NCBI GenBank assembly: GCA_963704755.1
Contig: OY969938.1
Location: 4,500,001-4,532,000 of the forward strand
Source of the DNA: an uncultured Chloroflexia bacterium
GTDB taxonomy: Bacteria; Chloroflexota; Anaerolineae; Anaerolineales; Anaerolineaceae
Reading direction: 5' to 3'
DNA length: 32,000 bases
Part shown: piece by piece, positions 25,010 through 32,000 of the stretch
Position numbering within the stretch: position 1 is the stretch's first letter
Layout of the letters: each line of letters opens with the position of its first letter
The notes under the pieces: model-generated
What the model saw: the letters and a program-made list of their open reading frames with translations, nothing else
Databases searched by the model: none
Told to the model about the DNA's origin: nothing
Made by a program: the position numbers and the translations under genes

Positions 25010-26122
25010 ATGTCACAAAAGATACGGATTGGCGTAATTTTCGGCGGACGGTCTGGAGAGCATGAAGTATCCCTCCAGTCCAGCCGTTCGATTCTGGCCA
25101 ATCTCAGCCCAGAAAAATACGAAGTTACTGAAATTGGGATCAGCAAACAAGGCGCCTGGTATGCTGGTGAAGGTACCCTGGAAGCCATGTTAATAGGTAA
25201 AACGCGCGGCCTGACGCCGGTGCTGCTGCGCCCGGAACCGGGCCATAACTGCCTGTATGCCATTCGGGAGGATCGCCTGGAAGAATTTGCCCACCTGGAT
25301 GTGGTTTTCCCGGTGCTGCACGGCACGTTTGGCGAAGATGGGACCATGCAGGGGCTGTTCGAGCTGGTCGGAATTGCGTATGTAGGGGCGGGTGTGTTGG
25401 GCTCGTCAGTCGGCATGGACAAGGACCTGTTCAAAGTGATCATGCAGGCCTGCGGCATTCCGGTGCTGAAATCCCGTCTGATCACCCGCCGGGCGATCGA
25501 AAGCCATATCGACAGTGTTATCCAGGAAATGGAAGGGATCAGCCCTTACCCGATCTTCACCAAACCGGCCAACCTGGGTTCGTCGGTGGGTATAACCAAG
25601 TGCCGCTCGCGGGCCGACCTGTATGAAGGCCTGCTGGAAGCGGCCCGGTTCGACCGGCGGATTTTGGTGGAGCAGGGCATTGACGCCCCGCGTGAGATCG
25701 AAGTCAGTGTATTAGGCAATGGCGATGATGTCGAGGTTGCCATACCTGGGGAAATCGTCCCTGGGGACGACTTCTATTCCTACTCGGCAAAATATAGCTC
25801 GGACAGTTCTTACCCGGTCATTCCGGCTGAACTGCCTGGGGAACTGATCGCGTCGATCCGCCAGATGGCCGCAAAAGCATATATGGCGATCGATTGTGCC
25901 GGGCTGGCCCGGGTAGATTTTCTGCTCGATCGGCAAACCAACGAAGTCTTCATCAGCGAGATCAACACATTACCCGGTTTTACTCGTATCAGTATGTATC
26001 CTAAAATGTGGGAAGCCAGCGGACTGCCTTACCCGAAGCTGATCGACCGGCTAGTCGAGCTGGCCCTGCAGCGCCATGAGGAACGGGAACATACTGAATT
26101 CAGCTATAGGAGGGGCGAATGA
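25010..26122 (+). CDS. ddl: D-alanine--D-alanine ligase
   Basis: IGVIFGGRSGEHEVS, FPVLHGTFGEDGT, SSVGI, EINTLPGFT. Start at the ATG at 25010 (M20 of the track ORF), downstream of GGAAGGAAAGGA. Confidence 0.94.
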   Translation: MSQKIRIGVIFGGRSGEHEVSLQSSRSILANLSPEKYEVTEIGISKQGAWYAGEGTLEAMLIGKTRGLTPVLLRPEPGHNCLYAIREDRLEEFAHLDVVFPVLHGTFGEDGTMQGLFELVGIAYVGAGVLGSSVGMDKDLFKVIMQACGIPVLKSRLITRRAIESHIDSVIQEMEGISPYPIFTKPANLGSSVGITKCRSRADLYEGLLEAARFDRRILVEQGIDAPREIEVSVLGNGDDVEVAIPGEIVPGDDFYSYSAKYSSDSSYPVIPAELPGELIASIRQMAAKAYMAIDCAGLARVDFLLDRQTNEVFISEINTLPGFTRISMYPKMWEASGLPYPKLIDRLVELALQRHEEREHTEFSYRRGE

Positions 26123-27171
26123 GAGCCACGAATACCGCATCTACGCCCAGCCGGGCTGATCTGCTCCGCGAACGGCGGGCCCAACAGAGCCATACGAAGA
26201 GCAGCTACACCCGCAAGCCATCCAGCCGGGCAGTGAAGAGCCAGCCGGTGACGGTGCGCAGCTACCATGCCAGCGCAGCCGTTCCACTGAACCGGCCCAA
26301 GACCAACCGGGTGCGCAAGCAGTTTTATTACACCCTGGGCGCTTCGGGTGCCGAGCTGCGCTTGCCGGCCATGCCGCTGGTCGACCTCGGTCCCCGGCTG
26401 GTTTCAGGAGCCCTGTTTCTCCTGACCGCAGTGGCCATTTACATCCTGGCCTTTAGCAGCCGGTTCCAGGTGGGCACTTACCCGGTCACCGGCTTGCAGC
26501 GGGTGGACCACAGCGCCGTGGAAGCCGTGTTGAAGCTGGAAGGATCGCAAATTATCCTGCTCGATCCGCAGACCGTGGTGCATGAACTGAACGCGGCCTT
26601 CCCTGAATTGACCAATATCGCCCTCCACGTCGGGTTCCCGGCCAAACTTGCGATCAGCGTAACCGAACTCCAACCTGTGTTGTCCTGGAAAGTCGGTGAT
26701 ACGGATTACTGGCTGGATAAAGACGGCATCATCCTGCCCCCGCGCGGACAGGTGGATAACCTGGAGGAAGTCGCCTCACCGGATCTGCCTCCCCTGGTCG
26801 CGATCGCCGGTGACACCCCGGCCGCTTCCGGCGACACAACCGCCGTCACCGCCGCCACCACCACCGCTGCGGATAGCTCAACGACAACCCCAACGACCTA
26901 TTGGGGGCGCCAGGTAGACCCGCAATTCATGAACGCAATAATTAGCCTGCCAAAAATAATTCCCCAACAAACCAATTTGGTCTATAATTCTCAAAATGGT
27001 TTGGGTTGGAAAGACCCAGGCGGTTGGGACGTCTATATCGGCAGGGATTTGACCAACATCGATCAAAAGCTGGCGATTTACCAAACGATCATTGATGGGT
27101 TACAGAAGCAGGGGATTACCCCCACTCAGATGGTCAGCCTGGCATACATTGACGCACCGTATTACAAATAG
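26119..27171 (+). CDS. ftsQ: cell division protein FtsQ/DivIB (POTRA domain)
   Basis: Basic N-terminal tail, a single TM (LVSGALFLLTAVAIYILAF), a POTRA-like segment (VTGLQRVDHSAVEAVLKL...) and a Thr/Ala-rich linker. Sits between ddl and ftsA with an ATGA overlap with ddl. Confidence 0.8.
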   Translation: MRATNTASTPSRADLLRERRAQQSHTKSSYTRKPSSRAVKSQPVTVRSYHASAAVPLNRPKTNRVRKQFYYTLGASGAELRLPAMPLVDLGPRLVSGALFLLTAVAIYILAFSSRFQVGTYPVTGLQRVDHSAVEAVLKLEGSQIILLDPQTVVHELNAAFPELTNIALHVGFPAKLAISVTELQPVLSWKVGDTDYWLDKDGIILPPRGQVDNLEEVASPDLPPLVAIAGDTPAASGDTTAVTAATTTAADSSTTTPTTYWGRQVDPQFMNAIISLPKIIPQQTNLVYNSQNGLGWKDPGGWDVYIGRDLTNIDQKLAIYQTIIDGLQKQGITPTQMVSLAYIDAPYYK

Positions 27172-27182
27172 TGGAGCAGGTT

Positions 27183-28424
27183 ATGGACGAACCAATCGTA
27201 GTAGGAATCGACATAGGCACAACCAAAGTATGTACTTTGGTGGCCCGCGTGGAGGGGGAACGCAGCATGCGGATCCTGGGTGTAGGCATCGAGCCTTCGC
27301 AAGGTATTCGCAAGGGAAACATTGTCGATCTCGCGGCTGCTTCCACTTCTATCGCGCGTTCTATCGAGAAAGCCCAACGAACGTCGGGCTTCGAGATTAC
27401 TTCAGCGTTGGTCAGCCTGGCCGGAGCCCACGTCGAATCGGTCAACAGCCGCGGCGTGGTTGGGATCTCCGGCGGGGTGATCGACGAGGTTGACGTCTCC
27501 CGCGCCCTGGAGGCCGCCCAGGCGGTGGCCATTCCGCACAACCGCCAGATCATTCACGTTATCCAACGCAGTTTCATCGTGGATGGGCAAGACGGGATCC
27601 GCACGCCCATTGGGATGCACGGCTACCGGCTGGAAGTGGAAGCGCACATCATCACCGCGGCCCAATCGACCGTGGAGAACTTGCGCGAATGCGTCCAGGC
27701 GGCCGGTGTGCAGGTGACCCAGTTTGTGTTGAACCCGTTGGCTTCGGCCGAAGTGGTGTTGACCGAAACCGAGCGCCAGATGGGTGTGATCGTGTGCGAT
27801 ATCGGCGGGGGGACGACCGACCTGGCGATATACATCGATGGCGACATCTGGCATACCATGGTGTTGGCGGTAGGCGGCAACCACGTGACCTCGGACATCG
27901 CTCACGGGCTGCGCTTGCCGATCGACCAGGCCGAGATCATCAAGCGCCAACATGGCTATTCGATCGAGGAAAGCATCCAGGAAGACGAGATCATCACGGT
28001 CAAATCGTTCGGCGCCGAGGCGCCGCTGCAGATCAGCCGGCGCGACCTGGCCCATATCATCGAGGCGCGGGTGGAAGAGATCTTCCTGCTGGTGCTGCAA
28101 GAGATCAAGCGCTCTGGCTACGATGGCCTGCTGCCGGCCGGGATGGTGCTGACCGGGGGATCGAGCCTGCTGCCGGGGATGCGCGAACTGGCCAGTTCGG
28201 TGCTGGGCCTTCCGGTGCGCGTAGCCAAACCGGAAAATATGATCGGGCTGACCGATCAACTCCACTCGCCGGCCTTTTCGACCAGCGTGGGGCTTTTGTA
28301 TTGGGCATTATTGATGAGCGAAAACGAGATTTCCCGTGGACGCCGGCCGTTCTCCATTTTGCCCAAAGGAAATCTTCTTGATTCGGACAGGCTGCGCAGT
28401 TTCTTGCGGCGTCTGCTTCCTTAA
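27183..28424 (+). CDS. ftsA: cell division protein FtsA
   Basis: Actin-fold motifs [37 protein letters not shown] at 27183 preferred (GGAG 6 nt upstream) over the GTG at 27171. Confidence 0.92.
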   Translation: MDEPIVVGIDIGTTKVCTLVARVEGERSMRILGVGIEPSQGIRKGNIVDLAAASTSIARSIEKAQRTSGFEITSALVSLAGAHVESVNSRGVVGISGGVIDEVDVSRALEAAQAVAIPHNRQIIHVIQRSFIVDGQDGIRTPIGMHGYRLEVEAHIITAAQSTVENLRECVQAAGVQVTQFVLNPLASAEVVLTETERQMGVIVCDIGGGTTDLAIYIDGDIWHTMVLAVGGNHVTSDIAHGLRLPIDQAEIIKRQHGYSIEESIQEDEIITVKSFGAEAPLQISRRDLAHIIEARVEEIFLLVLQEIKRSGYDGLLPAGMVLTGGSSLLPGMRELASSVLGLPVRVAKPENMIGLTDQLHSPAFSTSVGLLYWALLMSENEISRGRRPFSILPKGNLLDSDRLRSFLRRLLP

Positions 28425-28498
28425 CGTTTTTTATTGAAATTATCGCGACTCATCTATCTCATCAACCCATAAGACAGGTTATAGCGGAGGAATTAAAG

Positions 28499-29653
28499 AT
28501 GGATATGCTAACTTCTTCTCAAGCCAAATCCTTTGCCCGCATCAAAGTTATTGGTGTGGGTGGTGGAGGATGTAATGCCGTCAACCGCATGATTGACGAA
28601 GGTCTGGGCGGCATCGAGTTCATTACAGTCAACACAGACGCTCAGGCGCTCTTGCTCTCCAAAGCTTCGGTCCGGGTGCGAATCGGCGACAAATCGACCC
28701 GCGGGCTGGGCGCCGGCGGCAACCCCGATATGGGCCGCAAAGCGGCCGAGGAATCCGCCGAGGAACTGTATGAAGTGCTCAAGGGCTCGGACATGGTCTT
28801 TGTGACCGCCGGCCTGGGCGGCGGCACCGGCACCGGCGCAGCTCCAATCGTGGCCCAGATTGCCAAAGAGGTCGGCGCGCTGACCATTGGCGTGGTCACC
28901 CGGCCGTTCACCTTCGAGGGTTCACGGCGGATGCAGTCGGCTGAATCCGGCATTTCCAAACTCAAAGAGCACGCCGATACGCTGATCGTCATTCCAAACG
29001 ACCGCCTGCTGCAAATTGTGGACAAGCGGGTCAGCCTGCAAGAGGCCTTTCGCACGGCGGACGACGTTCTGCGCCAGGGTATCCAGGGTATTTCGGAACT
29101 GATCACCGTGCCCGGTTTGATCAACCTGGACTTCGCCGACGTGCGCGCGATCATGTCCGAAGGCGGGGCCGCCTTGATGGCGGTTGGTTACGCCAGCGGC
29201 GAGGACCGCGCCCGGGTAGCCGCTGAAATGGCCATTTCCAGCCAACTGCTGGACATCACCATCGATGGCGCCCACGGTATTTTATTCAACGTCACCGGCG
29301 GCAACGGCATGACCTTGTTCGAGGTCAACCAGGCGGCGGCGATCATCAAGGAAACGGCCAGCCCGGATGTCAACCTGATCTTTGGTGCGGTGATCGACCC
29401 CAATATGGGCGAAGACATCCGCATCACGGTCATCGCGACCGGTTTCGACCGGGCCAGCAGCGTACGAATCCCTTTAGCGGAACAGCGCCCCGCCCCGAAG
29501 AAAGACGAAACTTATTCTTTCCCGGCGAGCAGCCAAAGCAACAGGGCTGAGCGGCCAGCGCCCGCTTCCTCGCCGACCGAATTTCAACCGACGGTCATCA
29601 ATACCAACGACCTGGACATTCCGGCTTTTCTGCGTAACCGTTCCCAACGATAA
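28499..29653 (+). CDS. ftsZ: cell division protein FtsZ
   Basis: [13 protein letters not shown], tubulin signature [13 protein letters not shown]-terminal peptide DIPAFLR. GGAGGA lies upstream. Confidence 0.98.
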   Translation: MDMLTSSQAKSFARIKVIGVGGGGCNAVNRMIDEGLGGIEFITVNTDAQALLLSKASVRVRIGDKSTRGLGAGGNPDMGRKAAEESAEELYEVLKGSDMVFVTAGLGGGTGTGAAPIVAQIAKEVGALTIGVVTRPFTFEGSRRMQSAESGISKLKEHADTLIVIPNDRLLQIVDKRVSLQEAFRTADDVLRQGIQGISELITVPGLINLDFADVRAIMSEGGAALMAVGYASGEDRARVAAEMAISSQLLDITIDGAHGILFNVTGGNGMTLFEVNQAAAIIKETASPDVNLIFGAVIDPNMGEDIRITVIATGFDRASSVRIPLAEQRPAPKKDETYSFPASSQSNRAERPAPASSPTEFQPTVINTNDLDIPAFLRNRSQR

Positions 29654-29664
29654 AAATTTATTCG

Positions 29665-29696
29665 ATGGCATCCCGAGCAATCGGGATGCCATTTTA
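29665..29696 (+). terminator. intrinsic terminator of the dcw cluster
   Basis: 12-bp stem ATGGCATCCCGA (29665-29676) / TCGGGATGCCAT (29681-29692), GCAA tetraloop, then TTTT. It lies 12 nt after the ftsZ stop. Confidence 0.8.
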
Positions 29697-30162
29697 GATC
29701 GTTGGCAGTTTCTATCCGCTGAATTTGTTTATTGCTGGCGCAGGCCAGTTCTGGTCCGGCGGACCGGGGTTGAACCACGCCTGTTCCTGGCTTGTTGCCT
29801 GGGATGGAAGAAATTTTTATTGGTAGGCTAAGAACCTGTCTTGAGGAAGCCCTCTGGCGAAGTCGCGCGCCGGAGGGCTTCCGGGTTAATTGGGGGTGAT
29901 TCGGGCCATTTTTTTCGCCAATGGGGAGGCCGAATGACCAGAATTCTTTTAACATTTTAATAATTATTTTGGAAGCAAATTTCTTCGCCAAAAAATTAAA
30001 ATCCATCCCTGGGAAAACGCAAACCAAACTCAATTTATGACCACATCTGGGGATGGTTTTCGACGATTTAGCCGGCTGTTTGAGGATGCGAATAATGCTA
30101 TTTTTCACATAAAACATATGTTCTACGAGAATAATTTTAAGGTTAGATTCCGTTACCGGCTA

Positions 30163-30191
30163 TTGCAATGGCCGATCAGTTGTGCTAGAAT
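30163..30191 (+). promoter_or_regulatory. sigma70-like promoter of the nrdR-nrdJ operon
   Basis: TTGCAA (30163-30168), 17 nt, TAGAAT (30186-30191). The -35 hexamer is the same as in the dcw promoter. Confidence 0.5.
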
Positions 30192-30195
30192 CATA

Positions 30196-30245
30196 ACCGT
30201 AAATATACGGTATATATATCCACATACCCCCACCTATGGGGGTAT
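30196..30245 (+). promoter_or_regulatory. two palindromes just downstream of the -10, candidate NrdR boxes
   Basis: ACCGTAAATATACGGT (30196-30211) and ATACCCCCA-CCTA-TGGGGGTAT (30224-30245). Centres are 31 bp apart, so 16-mers are separated by 15 bp. There is only a partial match to the AT-rich-centre NrdR box consensus. Confidence 0.3.
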
Positions 30246-30287
30246 ATTTGACCAAAGTAGAAAACTCAATTAGCAAGGAATTAAATA

Positions 30288-30318
30288 AAGGGATTAAGGG
30301 CAAGTCGATTAATCCCTT
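30288..30318 (+). other. 10-bp stem-loop in the nrdR leader
   Basis: AAGGGATTAA (30288-30297) pairs with TTAATCCCTT (30309-30318), with an 11-nt loop. Confidence 0.4.
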
Positions 30319-30373
30319 CTCGTTTCCGGCTAATCCGATCGTCGAACAAAATACTTGACCAGGGAGGAAGATC

Positions 30374-30823
30374 TTGCGTTGCCCTTATTGCCACAATGAA
30401 CAATCCAGGGTGATTGATACGACTCACGATGCAAGGGGAGGCGTAAGACGCCGCCGCGAATGTGAAAAGTGTAAGCAGCGTTTTTCGACTTACGAGCGGC
30501 CGATTTTGGCCACACCGCTGGTCGTAAAGCGCGATGGTACCCGCGAAGAGTTTGACCGGGAGAAGCTGATGCGCGGCATCCGCATCGCCTGCGCCAAACG
30601 GCCCGTCTCAGCGGCCGAGATCGACCGGCTGGTCGGTGAGATCGAATTGTCGCTGCAGCAAATGGGCCGGGCCGAAGTGTCTTCCCGTGTGATCGGCGAC
30701 ATGGTCATCGCCGGGTTGAAGGACCTGGATCTGCTGGCGTATATTCGCTATGCCATTGTTTATTTGCACTTGAACGATTTACATGCAATCCGCAAAGAAA
30801 TCGACCGGTTATTAGAAGTTTAA
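30374..30823 (+). CDS. nrdR: transcriptional repressor NrdR
   Basis: Zinc ribbon MRCPYCHN...CEKCKQRF followed by an ATP-cone ([20 protein letters not shown]). TTG start with GGGAGG upstream. Confidence 0.94.
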   Translation: MRCPYCHNEQSRVIDTTHDARGGVRRRRECEKCKQRFSTYERPILATPLVVKRDGTREEFDREKLMRGIRIACAKRPVSAAEIDRLVGEIELSLQQMGRAEVSSRVIGDMVIAGLKDLDLLAYIRYAIVYLHLNDLHAIRKEIDRLLEV

Positions 30824-30834
30824 GGAGTGATGAG

Positions 30835-32000
30835 ATGGTAACAAAAGCAAAACAATCTAAAAATGGTTTACTTCCCTTGCCGCGCAAGCCTGGAGATTTA
30901 CCATCCATCGATTTAACCGATAACGCCCGCCAGGTGCTCGAACGGCGTTACGTTCGCCGTGGGCAAAACGGCGAACCGGCCGAGAATGTGGACGAGATGT
31001 TCTGGCGGGTGGCCTATAATGTGGCTAAAGTTGAGGAGCTGTGGAGCGGCGACGTGGACCAGCGCGCCCGGGATTACTACACGCTTCTCACCTCGAAGAA
31101 GTTCTTCCCCAATTCACCGACCTTTACCGGGGCCGGCACGCCCCTGGGCCAGTTGGCAGCTTGCTTTGTGCTGCCGATCACCGATGATATGGGCCGGGAT
31201 TCGGCCGGCATTTTCCAGACGCTGCGCGACGCGGCCCTGATCCAGCAGACCGGCGGCGGCAATGGTTTTTCCTTTTCGCGCCTGCGCCCCAAGGGCAGCC
31301 TGGTCAGCTCGTCGGCCGGGCAGGCCACCGGGCCGGTAGGCTTTTTACGCGTGTACGATAACGCCTTTGGCGAGGTCGCCCAGGGCGGCACCCGCCGGGG
31401 CGCGAACATGGCCGTGCTGCGGGTAGATCACCCGGATGTGGAAGAGTTCATCACCTGCAAGACCGACGAGAACCAGATCACCAATTTCAATATCTCGGTC
31501 GGCATCACCGACGCTTTTATGCAGGCGGTCGAAAACGACCAGGACTGGGACCTGCGCTTCCCGGACGTCCATTCGCCGCTCTACCGCCAGATCGGCGGGA
31601 CGCTCGAGCAGATGGAGCAGGCCGGGGTGCCGATTATCACCTTCAGGACGGTGCGCGCCCGCGATCTGTTCGAAAAAATCGTCACCCAGGCCCACCATAA
31701 CGGCGAACCGGGCATGCTGTTCCTGGACGCGGCCAACCGCTCCAACCCGGTGCCGCAGATGTACCAGTTGGAAGCCACCAACCCGTGCGGCGAGCAGTGG
31801 CTTGGGCCTTACGAGAACTGCTGCCTGGGCTCGGTCAACCTGGCCCAACACCTCGGCCCGGATGGTCAGGTGGATTGGGAGGGCCTGCGCCAGAGCGTGC
31901 AGTTGGCCACCTGCTTTTTGGACGACGTGGTGGAAGCCAACGCCTACGTTCCGGCCGTGCCGCAGCTTTCCGAAGCGGCTCACCGCGCGCGGCGGATTGG
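30835..32000 (+). CDS. nrdJ: adenosylcobalamin-dependent (class II) ribonucleotide reductase, N-terminal 388 codons; continues past the window
   Basis: Absent from the ORF track (no stop in the window). My translation from the ATG at 30835 (AGGAG 7 nt upstream) reads MVTKAKQS...LERRYVRRG...[13 protein letters not shown]...ACFVLP...[15 protein letters not shown]...[11 protein letters not shown]...EPGMLFLD...TNPCGEQ. These are hallmarks of RNR, including the active-site NPCGE. Confidence 0.92.
   Translation, partial: MVTKAKQSKNGLLPLPRKPGDLPSIDLTDNARQVLERRYVRRGQNGEPAENVDEMFWRVAYNVAKVEELWSGDVDQRARDYYTLLTSKKFFPNSPTFTGAGTPLGQLAACFVLPITDDMGRDSAGIFQTLRDAALIQQTGGGNGFSFSRLRPKGSLVSSSAGQATGPVGFLRVYDNAFGEVAQGGTRRGANMAVLRVDHPDVEEFITCKTDENQITNFNISVGITDAFMQAVENDQDWDLRFPDVHSPLYRQIGGTLEQMEQAGVPIITFRTVRARDLFEKIVTQAHHNGEPGMLFLDAANRSNPVPQMYQLEATNPCGEQWLGPYENCCLGSVNLAQHLGPDGQVDWEGLRQSVQLATCFLDDVVEANAYVPAVPQLSEAAHRARRI

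Noticed and set aside
29584-30117. A 177-aa minus-strand ORF and a 78-aa plus-strand ORF (30037-30273) in the ftsZ-nrdR spacer.
   Set aside because: One overlaps the ftsZ 3' end and the terminator, and the other overlaps the nrdR promoter. Neither has an RBS, and both have an odd composition.
30824-30834. A cobalamin riboswitch in front of the B12-dependent reductase.
   Set aside because: Only 11 nt separate nrdR and nrdJ, and the nrdR leader shows no B12-box-like element.

Overview
Bacterial chromosomal window with GC-rich coding regions and short AT-rich spacers. The organism cannot be named from sequence alone. Positions 1-12.1 kb hold loosely packed genes. A minus-strand ABC-2 exporter operon (small membrane protein, ATPase, two permeases, the last running off the left edge) lies divergent from a HisKA_3 histidine kinase / NarL-LuxR response regulator pair. 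These are followed by an orphan RHH antitoxin-like gene, a class I O-methyltransferase, an NMO-family flavoprotein, cysS and a class V aminotransferase (cysteine-desulfurase-like). Positions 12.1-29.7 kb are one tightly coupled plus-strand dcw cluster: mraZ-rsmH-ftsL-ftsI-murF-mraY-murD-ftsW-murG-cvpA-like-murC-orf65-murB-ddl-ftsQ-ftsA-ftsZ, with no murE. It is preceded by a sigma70-like promoter and four 10-bp-phased GTGGN MraZ boxes. Positions 30.2-32 kb carry nrdR and the 5' 1.17 kb of a class II (B12-dependent) ribonucleotide reductase. Three signals stand out. (1) A family of 24-28 bp, almost perfectly paired hairpin repeats with 3-6 nt loops sits at every gene boundary between 4.97 and 8.4 kb; copies differ from each other, but each change is mirrored in both arms. 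(2) A ~360 bp nested foldback with a perfect 33+33 bp GC-rich palindromic core lies between the aminotransferase and cysS. (3) Single-base frameshifts interrupt two adjacent essential genes, murD and ftsW. No rRNA, tRNA, CRISPR array or transposase gene was recognised.
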